Shown here: one piece after another, positions 8,687 to 21,451 of the stretch | Layout: each line of letters opens with the position of its first letter | How positions within the stretch are numbered: position 1 is the first letter of the stretch | Assembly (NCBI GenBank): GCA_963719225.1 | Contig: CAVRAY010000002.1 | Coordinates: 416,001 to 480,000 of the forward strand | Source of the DNA: Thermoanaerobaculia bacterium | Lineage (GTDB): Bacteria > Acidobacteriota > Thermoanaerobaculia > UBA5066 | DNA: 64,000 nt | Reading direction: 5' to 3' | Position numbers and translations under genes: made by a program | Notes under the pieces: generated by a model | Database searches by the model: none | What the model saw: the letters and a program-made list of their open reading frames with translations, nothing else | Told to the model about the DNA's origin: nothing

Positions 8687-9742
8687 TCAAGCTTCGGCAG
8701 GAACCTCGATCTCGACCCGGAAGAGCCCGTCGTGAAGGCGGGAGCCGACGTATCCAGCGTCGCCCCAGCACGCGGCGACGCGCCGCTTCACGTTCGCGAG
8801 GCCGAGCCCCGTGCCCGCGGGCCTTTCCGCTCCGGCGTCCGCGGGGTTCTCGACCACGATGGAGATGCGGCCGCCCGAGCGCTTCGTCACGAGCGACAGG
8901 ACGCCGCCCTCGAGGCGCGCCGCGATGCCGTGCTTGACCGCGTTCTCGAAGAGAGGCTGCAGGAGAAGAGGGGGGACCTCCACGTCGAGCGTGGACGCGT
9001 CGACGTTCTCGGCCACCGTGAGCCGGTCGCCGAAGCGCACGCGTTCGACGGCAAGATAGCGGTGCGCGAGCGCGAGCTCTTCGCGAAGGGAAATCGAGGT
9101 GCGTTCCGACATGCCGAGCGTCGTCCTCAGGAAGTCCGAGAGGAGCGCGCACATCGAGCGCGCCTCCTCCGGGCGCTCGGCGACGAGCGCGGCGATCGAG
9201 TTCAGGCTGTTGAAGAGGAAATGCGGGTTCAGGCGCTCGCGGAGCGCCTGAAGCTCGGCCTCGCGGGCCAGGGTCTTCAGGTCCGCGGCGCGCCGCTCCT
9301 CGACGTGCACTTTCTCCGCCGCGTCGAGCACGTAGTGCATCGCGAGGACGAGGAGGTAGAGAAGGACACCGAGGAGGAAGACGACCGGGCCTGCCCGCGC
9401 GAGGCGGTCGGGGAGCGTCTCGAAGGCGGGCAGGAGCGCGAGCGCCCAGGCGAGCGTCGTGCCGCAGAGAAGCCACAAGGAGGCCGCGACGAGGGAGGCG
9501 ACCGCGAGCGCCGACGCAGTCGCGAGGAGCCGGGCCGAGTCGACCGGAAAAGCGCGGCAGAGGTACCAGGAAGACAGGCACAGGAACGCGTAGAGGAGCG
9601 CGAGGGGGAGGGAAAGAGCCGCCGCCTCCAGGAGCGAAAGACCGCCGGCCAGAACGAGAAGGCCACCAAGGATCGCGGCCAGGGGAATCCACGCGAGGAG
9701 GTAGACGCCGAGTCGCCCGGACTGCGTGAAGAAGGGGTGCAC
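8687..9742 (-). CDS. LytS/YehU-type sensor histidine kinase
   Basis: Multiple TM helices; LNPHFLFNSLNSI H-box, LQPLFENAVKHG N-box and GTGLGLANV G-box. Confidence 0.93.
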   Translation of the reverse strand: MHPFFTQSGRLGVYLLAWIPLAAILGGLLVLAGGLSLLEAAALSLPLALLYAFLCLSSWYLCRAFPVDSARLLATASALAVASLVAASLWLLCGTTLAWALALLPAFETLPDRLARAGPVVFLLGVLLYLLVLAMHYVLDAAEKVHVEERRAADLKTLAREAELQALRERLNPHFLFNSLNSIAALVAERPEEARSMCALLSDFLRTTLGMSERTSISLREELALAHRYLAVERVRFGDRLTVAENVDASTLDVEVPPLLLQPLFENAVKHGIAARLEGGVLSLVTKRSGGRISIVVENPADAGAERPAGTGLGLANVKRRVAACWGDAGYVGSRLHDGLFRVEIEVPAEA

Positions 9743-9754
9743 GACGCGCGCCCC

Positions 9755-10465
9755 TTAGTTCTTGATGCCGAGGCCGCCGAAGAGGATGAAGCCGGTGACG
9801 AGGAGCTCTTTTTGGGGAGTGCCGGGCGCGGCCGCGAAGTGGCGGCTCTTGTCGTCGGTGCCCCCGAAGATCGGGACGACCTTCAGGATCACGTTCCAGT
9901 CCCCGGGGACGCGCAGCTCGCCGCCTCCGCAGAAGCAGAAGACGTCGATCGTCGCGCGGTCTCCCGCCATCTTCGATTCTCGGAGGTCGATGTTGAAGCC
10001 GCCGAAAACCGCGTTCGCCTGACCTCCCTGGAAGTTGGACGCCACGAACCGGCGCTCGCCGCCGCCGAAGACGGCCCACTCGTTCAGGGTGCCGCCGGGA
10101 TTCGTCGACGCGTCCCAGGTCCGCGCTCCCGGACGATGTGCGAACAGGATCCTCAGGCCGATGAGCACGAAGATGAGCGGAAAGAGATAGCGCAGGTGAA
10201 AATGAAGGAGGCCGAAGGTGCGCAGCAGGAAGAGCGTGCCCAGGCCGACGAGAATCGTCCCGGCGAAGAAAGAGCGGTTCGCGAACTTCGCCAGGCCCAG
10301 GGCGACGAGGACGAGCGGCCAGAACCTCCAGAGCTCTGAAACGTCCACGAGGCCGAAGTTGTCGAGGGTGAAGAGGATTCCGCCCGCGATGAGCGCGAGG
10401 CCGATGACGAGCCGGGACATGGTGTCGTGGCGAGGGCTGGTGTCTTTGACGATTCTTGCTTCCAT
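9755..10465 (-). CDS. LiaF-related membrane protein (LiaF-TM plus DUF2154-like domain)
   Basis: Four TM segments with WRFWPLVLVALG; C-terminal AVFGG...IDLR...GGGELRVPGDW...IFGG. Confidence 0.85.
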   Translation of the reverse strand: MEARIVKDTSPRHDTMSRLVIGLALIAGGILFTLDNFGLVDVSELWRFWPLVLVALGLAKFANRSFFAGTILVGLGTLFLLRTFGLLHFHLRYLFPLIFVLIGLRILFAHRPGARTWDASTNPGGTLNEWAVFGGGERRFVASNFQGGQANAVFGGFNIDLRESKMAGDRATIDVFCFCGGGELRVPGDWNVILKVVPIFGGTDDKSRHFAAAPGTPQKELLVTGFILFGGLGIKN

Positions 10466-10520
10466 GACGAGTCTCCCGATTGGAAGATACGGCCTCGAAG
10501 CCGGTTCTTCCCTCCCGATT

Positions 10521-10551
10521 CGGCGAACCGACTTCCGGCACCGGCGAACGG
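10521..10551 (-). promoter_or_regulatory. putative LytTR binding site (direct repeat)
   Basis: CGGCGAAC repeated at 10521 and 10542 (21-bp period), ~55 bp upstream of the liaF-like start. Confidence 0.55.
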
Positions 10552-10585
10552 CGGGATCGGGACAGCCGAGAGTAGGATGCGGGCC

Positions 10586-11368
10586 GTGAGGGCCCGGCGG
10601 CGAAGCGCGAGAGCGCCGGCTTTGGCGGTCGTCTTTCTTCTCGGGTGTGCCCAAAGCGCGGCCGCCCAGGGATTCTTCGCCGGCCTGTCCGCGAAAGGCT
10701 ACGTGAGGGGCGACGTCTCCCTCGACGTGCTGAACGCCGGCGACCAGAAGAGACCCGTCGCGCGCATCCGCTGGGTGAGGCTCGTTCTCGATCCCGGGAC
10801 GCGCGACGTCGCGTTCGAGTACTGGCCGGAGCGCGAGATGCTCCTCGTGGAGCACGCGTCCGGCGAGCGTCTCGTGTTCGAGAGGATCCTGAAGCTGCCT
10901 GCGGCCGCCGATCCGGCGGCGCTCCGGCCGCGCGGCCGCATTGGTGTCTCCGGCGGATTCGTCGAGACGTTCGCGCGGGCAGGCCCTCGCGCGGGAGCAG
11001 CGGCGGCGTGCGCCGGTCTGGACGGCCTCCTCCGGACGGGAAACACGGATCTGTCGTTCGCGATCGCCGACCTCGCCGCGCCGACCGTGAGGCTGGGCAT
11101 CGCGCAGGCGGTCGATGCCGCTCTCTCGCCGCGCGCGCGGGAGCTCGTCGCGAACACGATTCCGATCCTCTATGCCGCCCGGACGCAGGGCCTTCCGGTG
11201 GAAACGCTCGAGCTCCTCGACGTCTTCTTCCCGGGACGCGAATTCGCGCACGAAGCGCGCGGCCTTACGTTCCGCCCCTCCGGGGCGTCGCCCCTGAACC
11301 CGTCAGAGGGGGCGTGGCGCGTCGTGACCGAGCCGCCCGAGATGCTCCCCGGAGTCCCGCTTTCCTGA
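10586..11368 (+). CDS. hypothetical secreted protein
   Basis: Signal-peptide-like N-terminus ending AAA-Q; TAGGAT 7 nt before the GTG. Confidence 0.6.
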   Translation: MRARRRSARAPALAVVFLLGCAQSAAAQGFFAGLSAKGYVRGDVSLDVLNAGDQKRPVARIRWVRLVLDPGTRDVAFEYWPEREMLLVEHASGERLVFERILKLPAAADPAALRPRGRIGVSGGFVETFARAGPRAGAAAACAGLDGLLRTGNTDLSFAIADLAAPTVRLGIAQAVDAALSPRARELVANTIPILYAARTQGLPVETLELLDVFFPGREFAHEARGLTFRPSGASPLNPSEGAWRVVTEPPEMLPGVPLS

Positions 11369-11375
11369 GGCGCGC

Positions 11376-11984
11376 ATGAAACTCCGTGTCCTCGACCTCG
11401 CCGCTCTTCTCGCCGCCCTCCTGCCGGCCCTGGGCGCGCGCGCGCAGGTCGAGGTCGACATGCTCCGCGTGACGGACGGCGGCGCGCCTGTCGTCTCGGC
11501 CGTGCGGGCCGCGCGCGGGGGGACGGTCGTCGTCGCGCTCGAGATGCCTCGTGGCGACCGCCTCCTCTTGAGACGAGCCGCTCCCGAAGCGGGCGTCGTC
11601 TCCTATCAGGCCTGGATCGGCGGGCCTCCCGGCCTGGCCGTCACGCGCCGCGGAAGCGAGCCGCTCCTCGTGGAAGTGAGCGGGCGTTCGCTCCGCCTTT
11701 ACGAGACCGACCTCTCGCGTCCCACGGTGAAGTGCTGGCTCACGTCCCTCGTCGCGTCCTCCGAGAACCGGCTCCTCGAGACGGCGGCCGGAATCCGCGC
11801 GCTGCGCGACCCGATCGCGCCTTCGGGCAGCGACGACGTCTACATGCCGATGGCTCTTCTCTGGCAGGCCGCCGAGGCCGGCGAGGCTCCGCGCGGACCC
11901 GTGAAGATCCAGCGCGGGCCGTTCAAGGGCGATCCCTGGAGCCGCCTCCAGCGCGCTGCGGCGGACGAGCTCGGAAGGCGCTGA
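11376..11984 (+). CDS. hypothetical secreted protein
   Basis: Signal peptide MKLRVLDLAALLAALLPALGARA-Q; begins 7 bp after the previous stop. Confidence 0.6.
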   Translation: MKLRVLDLAALLAALLPALGARAQVEVDMLRVTDGGAPVVSAVRAARGGTVVVALEMPRGDRLLLRRAAPEAGVVSYQAWIGGPPGLAVTRRGSEPLLVEVSGRSLRLYETDLSRPTVKCWLTSLVASSENRLLETAAGIRALRDPIAPSGSDDVYMPMALLWQAAEAGEAPRGPVKIQRGPFKGDPWSRLQRAAADELGRR

Positions 11985-12027
11985 CGACCCTCGTCGTGGG
12001 GCTCCTCACCGGCTACGCGACGCAGCG

Positions 12028-15734
<3,707 letters not shown>

Positions 15735-15738
<4 letters not shown>

Positions 15739-17606
15739 GCTCGTCTCGCCTCTGCGCCGAGCGCCTCGACGATCCGCTTCACCGCTTCGTAGCGCGCCAT
15801 CGGCATGATGTGGAGGCCGCGCGAGCGCTCCGCGATCGCGCGCGCGAGCTCGACGGCGATCGCGAGGCCTTCCTCCTCCTCGAACTCGGGTCCCTTCTCG
15901 GCCGCGCGGCGCATCCGCGTGAGGATCTCCTCGGGCACGACCATGCCGGGGACCTCGTTCGCGAGGTAGAGGGCCTGCTTCAGGCTCTTCGGCGGGATGA
16001 GGCCGACGAGTACGGGAATCGCGTGCGCCTCGGCGCGCGCGTAGAAGCGGTCGAGGGCCGCCACGTCGTAGACGGGCTGTGTCTGCGCGAACGTGGCGCC
16101 CGCCTCGATCTTCGCCGAGAGTTTCGAGATCTCGACGTCGAGATCTTTCGCCGCGGGATTCGCCGCGCACGCGATTGCGAACGACGTGGCCGAGCCGATC
16201 GCACCGCCCGCGAGGTCCGTGCCGGTGTTCAGGCCCTTCACGATGCGCAGGAGACCGAGAGTGTCGACCTCGCCCACGGGCTTGCCCTGCGGATAGTCGC
16301 CGATCTTCAGGGGATCGCCGCCCACGACGAGGAGAGCCTTGATGCCGAGGCCCGCCGCGCCGAGGAGGTCCGACTGGATGCCGAGCACGTTCCGGTCGCG
16401 CGGTGAGAAATGGAAGATCGTCTCGGCACCCGTCTCGGTGCGGATGAGATGCGCGACGGCGATGGACGACATTCTCAGCCGCGCCATCGGGTTGTCCGTT
16501 ATGTTGATCGCGTCCACGCCGATCGCCTTCAACGTGCGCGCCCCGTCCACGGCCGCCGAGGCGTCGATGCCTTTCGGCGGCTCGACCTCGGCGGTCACGA
16601 CGAGCGCGTGCGCGTCCGCGAGCTTGCGTTTCAGGGCGGACGTCTCGAGCGCCGCCTCCTTCGGGCGTGTCGCGCGGCTCTCTGTCACGGTGACGGCAGC
16701 CGCCGGGCTGCGAACCGGGGCCGCGCGCGCCTTCCCCGCGATCTCGCGCGCCATCGCGGCGACGTGCTCGGGCGCGGTTCCGCAGCAGCCCCCGACGAGC
16801 GCCGCACCGGCACGCAGGAGGTCGCGCGCGCTCTGGCGGAAGTAATCGGGCGTGGCCGGATACACGGTTCGTCCCGAGACGACCCAGGGATATCCGGCGT
16901 TCGGGCGCACGGAAAGGGGCACGTCCACGGAACCGGCGACGCGCGTGAAGATCTCCAGGGCCTCCTGCGGGCCGACCGTGCAGTTCATCCCGACGACGTC
17001 GGCGCCCGCGGCCACGAGCGCCTGGAGCGCTTCCGCCGCGTCCTCGCCGAAGCTCGTCTTGCCGTCCGCGAGAAACGTCATCGAGGCGGCGATCGGAACG
17101 TCGTTCGACAGCGCGCGCGCGGCGCGCAGCGCCTCGGTGACCTCGAGCGTCGAGGAGAAGGTCTCGAAGGAGAGGAGGTCCACACCCTCCTCGAGGAGGA
17201 TCCGGATCTGTTCCGTGAAGAGCTCGCGCACGTGGGGACGCGTGAGCGGCCCGTAGGGCTTCACGAGCTGCCCGAGAGGTCCGACGGATCCCGCCACGTA
17301 CACGTATTCCCCCTCGGCAGCGGCGCGGGCGAGGCGTACGGCCGCACGGTTGATCTTCTCGAGCGAGTCAGCCCAGTCGAACCGGGAGAGCTTCGCGCGG
17401 TTCGCGTCCCAGGTGTTCGTGGAGACGACCTGCGCGCCGGCCGCCACGTAGTCGTCGTGGATCTCGCGCACGAGGTCGGGCGCGGCGACCGAGTTCGGCG
17501 AGCGCGGCCCCTCCGCGGGCGCGCCGCGCGACACGAGCAACGTCCCCATCGCCCCGTCGGTGAGGAGGACTTCGGCCTTGAGCCGCTCCCGGATGTCTCG
17601 CTTCAT
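15735..17606 (-). CDS. yitJ: bifunctional homocysteine S-methyltransferase / methylenetetrahydrofolate reductase
   Basis: N-terminal TDGAMGT...GMNC...PNAG...GGCCG; C-terminal MTHFR-like [24 protein letters not shown] and TQPVYD. Confidence 0.9.
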
Positions 17607-17636
17607 GAAAACGCCCCTTCGAGGACGAAGGGGCGT
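17607..17636 (-). terminator. riboswitch expression platform hairpin (terminator and/or RBS sequestrator)
   Basis: ACGCCCCTTCG-tcct-CGAAGGGGCGT followed by TTTC-ATG; the stem buries the AAGGGG SD. Confidence 0.7.
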
Positions 17637-17664
17637 CGGGACTCCGCGCCGTTTTCGGCCTCGA

Positions 17665-17796
17665 TCTCATCTTCCTCCGGCCGCGTCATGCGGCCTGGAG
17701 CGGGATTTGGCACCTGGCGTCCGGCGCCCCTCGGGGCGCACCGAACCGGTTGCCGCGGCATCGCAGGGCCCGTCCCTCCGCCGCTCTGGATGAAAC
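17665..17796 (-). ncRNA. SAM-I riboswitch
   Basis: Minus strand TTCATCCAGAG-CGGCGGAGGGACGGGCCCTGCGATGCCGCGGCAACC...GGTGCCAAATCC...GGAAGATGAG matches the SAM-I consensus, upstream of Met biosynthesis genes. Confidence 0.95.
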
Positions 17797-17816
17797 CCGG
17801 TCAAAGAGCCGCGGTC

Positions 17817-17846
17817 AGAGTACGGCGCGCCGGGCGCGGCCGTCAA
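17817..17846 (-). promoter_or_regulatory. sigma70 promoter of the met operon
   Basis: TTGACG (17846-17841), 18-nt spacer, TACTCT (17822-17817), just upstream of the riboswitch. Confidence 0.65.
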
Positions 17847-17862
17847 GGCCCGCCCGGCGGGG

Positions 17863-19343
17863 TGTCGTAGCTCCATGAAAGTGTCCCCTCGATAACTCGA
17901 TAGAAGTGTCCCCTCGTAAAGAAGGGGGCGCGATGGAGGAGATCGTGGGGCTGAGCACGAAGGAGAGAGCGCGGCTGGTGGAGCTCGAGCAGGTGAAGGC
18001 CGGGCGTCAGACGGTCGTGGCGGCTGCCGAGCGGCTTCAGATGAGCGGGCGGCAGGGCAAGAGGATCTGGAAGAGATACCGCGCCGAGGGCGCCAAGGGA
18101 CTGGTGCATCGCTCGCGAGGACGGCCGTCGAATCGGAAGTTGGACCCTGAGAGCAAGCAGCAGAGTCTCGAGCTCTGCCGGACGCGGCTGGAAGGTTTTG
18201 GGCCGACACTGGCGGCCGAGAAGCTTCTCGAGGTGGGGCTGAGGGTTTCTCACGAGACGTTGCGGCGGTGGCTGATGGTAGAGGGGCTGTGGAAGAAGAA
18301 AAGGAAACGAGGGCCGCACCGCAGGTGGAGGCCGCCGAAGGAGCACTTCGGCGAGCTCGTTCAGATGGACGGAAGCTTCCACGACTGGCTCGAGACGGGC
18401 CACAAGCCATGCCTGATCGACCTCGTCGACGACGCCACGGCGAAGATGGGAGGCGAATTCTTCGAGCAGGAGACCACCGAAGGAGCGATGAGGGTGCTGT
18501 GGCGGTGGATCGAGCTTTACGGGATCCCCAAGGCGCTTTACACCGACCACAAGAATCTCTACGTGGCTGATCGCGAGCCGACGAAAGACGAGCAGCTCTT
18601 AGGCCGGCCTGCACTGACGGCCTTCGGCAAGGCCTGCCACAAGCTCTCGATTCAGATCATTCCCGCAGCCAGCCCTCAGGCCAAGGGCAGGATCGAGCGG
18701 CGGCACGGCGTGCTTCAGGACCGGCTCGTCAAGGAGTTCAGGCTGCATGGCATCAAGGACCTCCAGGCGGCCAACGCCCTTCTGAGAGGAGGATTCCTCG
18801 AGACGATCAATCAGAGATTCGCGCACAGCTCGGCTAGCCGAGTCGACTACCACCGACCCGTGCCCAAGCGCCTACGGCTCGAGGATGTTTTCGTCTTCGA
18901 AGAGCAGCGCACCGTGCAGAACGACTGGACGGTCGCCTGGGACGGCCGCTGGTTCCAGATTACCGGGCCCAAGTCTCAGATGCCGCGCCGCCGCGAGAAG
19001 ATCGTGGTTCGCCACAGGCTTGATGGCAGTCGGGTGCTGCTTCACTACCATCGAGCCCTCGAGTTTCACGAAATCAAAAACCGGCCGCCTCGGCCGGCGC
19101 CACTGATCAAGCCGGCCTCCGTGGCAACACGCCGCCCTTTCAAAGCGCCCTCTGATGTTCACCCCTGGAGAACACCATTAACCGCCGCAAGCGTCCAGGC
19201 TTCATGGGAGCGCAAGGAGCGCGCCGGCCTCCGATGAGGCCGGCCTCCCGTTTTCCACATTTCCACCGCGCGACGACTACGACGACCAAAAGGGGACATT
19301 TCTAACGAGCTCTACGAGGGGACACTTCTAAGGAGCTTTGACA
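17863..19343 (+). mobile_element. IS1202-family (ISNCY) insertion sequence, 1481 bp, 16-bp target duplication
   Basis: TGT...ACA ends; imperfect IRs with two internal copies of AAGTGTCCCCTCG at the left end and related copies at the right. GGCCCGCCCGGCGGGG is duplicated at 17847-17862 and 19344-19359. Confidence 0.9.
17933..19237 (+). CDS. ISNCY/IS1202-type DDE transposase
   Basis: HTH N-terminus; FGPTLAAEKL, GELVQMDGSFHDW, DDAT, YTD and PQAKGRIER motifs. Confidence 0.93.
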   Translation: MEEIVGLSTKERARLVELEQVKAGRQTVVAAAERLQMSGRQGKRIWKRYRAEGAKGLVHRSRGRPSNRKLDPESKQQSLELCRTRLEGFGPTLAAEKLLEVGLRVSHETLRRWLMVEGLWKKKRKRGPHRRWRPPKEHFGELVQMDGSFHDWLETGHKPCLIDLVDDATAKMGGEFFEQETTEGAMRVLWRWIELYGIPKALYTDHKNLYVADREPTKDEQLLGRPALTAFGKACHKLSIQIIPAASPQAKGRIERRHGVLQDRLVKEFRLHGIKDLQAANALLRGGFLETINQRFAHSSASRVDYHRPVPKRLRLEDVFVFEEQRTVQNDWTVAWDGRWFQITGPKSQMPRRREKIVVRHRLDGSRVLLHYHRALEFHEIKNRPPRPAPLIKPASVATRRPFKAPSDVHPWRTPLTAASVQASWERKERAGLR

Positions 19344-19418
19344 GGCCCGCCCGGCGGGGGCGTGTGGTCGCAAGAAATCCGGAGGAGCCGGACGCGCGGC
19401 GACTCCTCCGGACGGGCC

Positions 19419-19970
19419 TCACTTCGGCAGGGGGTCGAACTCGATGTGGCACACCGAGCCGCAGCAGACCCGGTACGCGCAGAAGTAATGTCCGGGTGAG
19501 TGCTGGTAGCAGGTCGCCGTGACCTTGAGAAGGCAATGGGAGAGCTTGGCCTCGGCCGAGTGCTCGACGAGGCTCGAAGCGAATTGGGCCGCCGAAGCGA
19601 TCCAGCCCTCGGACGAGGAGAGAGACGCCTTTTGCGCTTTCAGGCACTTGAGGAGCTCCGGCTTGAGGTCGGACTCTCTCCCCTCCTTCAGGCGCTTGCC
19701 GTTGGCCCAGAACCCGTCGTCGGAGACGACACCCCCCTTCACGCGGACCCGCGCCTCGAACTTCCCCTGGTCGGTGTTCACCGACGCGATCGTGTGCTCT
19801 CCGTCTTTCAGGTGCAGGGTGGCGGGATCCGGCACGTTGAGCTCGTACGTCTTGCTGCTGCACGGGTCCGCCGCCACGGCGGAGCCCGCGAGAGCCAGGG
19901 AAAGGGACAGCGGCACGAGCCACCGCAGGCCCCCGAGCGAGATCCGAGTCTGGTTCGAGCGAGTCGTCAT
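19419..19970 (-). CDS. hypothetical secreted protein with Cys-rich C-terminus
   Basis: SD AAGGAGG, signal peptide ending AVA-A, six Cys in the last ~40 aa. Confidence 0.7.
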   Translation of the reverse strand: MTTRSNQTRISLGGLRWLVPLSLSLALAGSAVAADPCSSKTYELNVPDPATLHLKDGEHTIASVNTDQGKFEARVRVKGGVVSDDGFWANGKRLKEGRESDLKPELLKCLKAQKASLSSSEGWIASAAQFASSLVEHSAEAKLSHCLLKVTATCYQHSPGHYFCAYRVCCGSVCHIEFDPLPK

Positions 19971-20140
19971 CGTCGTCCTCCTTTTCGTTCGCCCGGCAGC
20001 TTTCTTCCGCGGCCGTCCGGGGCTTCCGTCAAGAGCTAAGCGGCATTTCCGGCCCGAATGGCTCACGCGCGCGGGCCTGGAGGCGAACGCCTGCCGTGCG
20101 GGCCTCCCCGGAATGTCGGGTAAACTCGATTCCTGACCAG

Positions 20141-21451
20141 ATGAGGATTCTCGTCGTCGGCTCCGGGGGTCGCGAGCACGCGCTCGTGTGGAAGCTCGCG
20201 CAGGCGCCGGGCGTCACGGACGTCTTCGCGGCGCCGGGCAACCCGGGCATGGCGAACAAGGCGACGTGCATTCCGATCGGGGTCGAGAACGTCGTCGAGC
20301 TGGCGGACTTCGCCGAGTCGATGAAGATCGACCTGACCGTCGTCGGACCCGAGCTTCCGCTCACGCTCGGCCTCGTGGACGAGCTCACCAACCGCGGCCT
20401 CACCGCGTTCGGCCCGAACCGCCTCGCGGCGGAGCTCGAAGGCTCGAAGGTCTTCTCGAAGCTCTTCATGAAGAAATACGGCATCCCGACGCCGGACGCC
20501 GAGGTGTGCCAGACGCGGGGCGAGGCGGAGCGCGCCCTCAAGTCGTACGGCCTCCCGTGCGTCTTCAAGGCGGACGGCCTCGCGGCCGGAAAGGGCGTCG
20601 TTGTGGCGCAGGAGGCCGAGGAGGCTGAGCGCGCGCTGAAGCTCTTCTTCGAGGATCGCGTCTTCGGCTCGGCTGGCGACCGCGTTCTCGTGGAACGGTT
20701 CATCGCGGGAGACGAGGTGAGCTTCATGGTCCTTTGCGACGGGGAGCACGCGCTGCCGCTCGCGACCGCGATGGACTACAAGAAGATCTTCGACGGCGAG
20801 CGCGGTCCGAACACGGGCGGAATGGGCGCGCACAGTCCTTCGGTGCTCCTCGACGCGTCCACGGCGTCCGACGTGCTCGCGTTCATCGTGCAGCCGACGC
20901 TCAAGGGAATGGCCGACGAGGGCCGCCCGTTCCGCGGCGTCCTCTTCGTCGGTCTCATCCTCGAGGCCGGACTGAACCCGTACGTGCTCGAATACAACGT
21001 GAGGTTCGGAGATCCCGAGACGCAGGCGGTGCTCCTGCGCATGGACGACAACCTGCTGCCGCTTCTCCTGGGATCGGCACGCGGAAAATTCGACGAAGGG
21101 GCGCAGCTCGGATGGCGGCGCGAGGCGACCGCCGCCCTCGTCATGACGGCCGAGGGCTATCCCGGGCCCTTCGAGCGCGGTCGCGCCATTTCCGGAATCG
21201 AGGACGCCGAGGCGATGGACGGCGTCTTCGTCTTCCATGCGGGGACGGCCCGGGGTCCCGACGACGGCCTGGTGACGTCGGGCGGCCGCGTTCTCGACGT
21301 CTGCGCCCGCGGGCGCGGCCTCTCGCAGGCGCTCGCGAGGGCGAAGGAAGCGGCGGGCAAGATCCGTTTCGAAGGCGCCCATTTCCGGCGCGACATCGGG
21401 AAGAAGGCCCTCGAGATCCTCGTGGAGCGCTCCGGCTCCATGCTCAGATGA
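20141..21451 (+). CDS. purD: phosphoribosylamine--glycine ligase
   Basis: MRILVVGSGGREHAL, VVGPE, KADGLAAGKGV, GPNTGGMGA and YNVRFGDPETQ. Confidence 0.97.
   Translation: MRILVVGSGGREHALVWKLAQAPGVTDVFAAPGNPGMANKATCIPIGVENVVELADFAESMKIDLTVVGPELPLTLGLVDELTNRGLTAFGPNRLAAELEGSKVFSKLFMKKYGIPTPDAEVCQTRGEAERALKSYGLPCVFKADGLAAGKGVVVAQEAEEAERALKLFFEDRVFGSAGDRVLVERFIAGDEVSFMVLCDGEHALPLATAMDYKKIFDGERGPNTGGMGAHSPSVLLDASTASDVLAFIVQPTLKGMADEGRPFRGVLFVGLILEAGLNPYVLEYNVRFGDPETQAVLLRMDDNLLPLLLGSARGKFDEGAQLGWRREATAALVMTAEGYPGPFERGRAISGIEDAEAMDGVFVFHAGTARGPDDGLVTSGGRVLDVCARGRGLSQALARAKEAAGKIRFEGAHFRRDIGKKALEILVERSGSMLR

Noticed and set aside
15739-16170. N-terminal extension of metH in the ORF track
   Set aside because: It overlaps yitJ in another frame; homology starts at GTG 15738.
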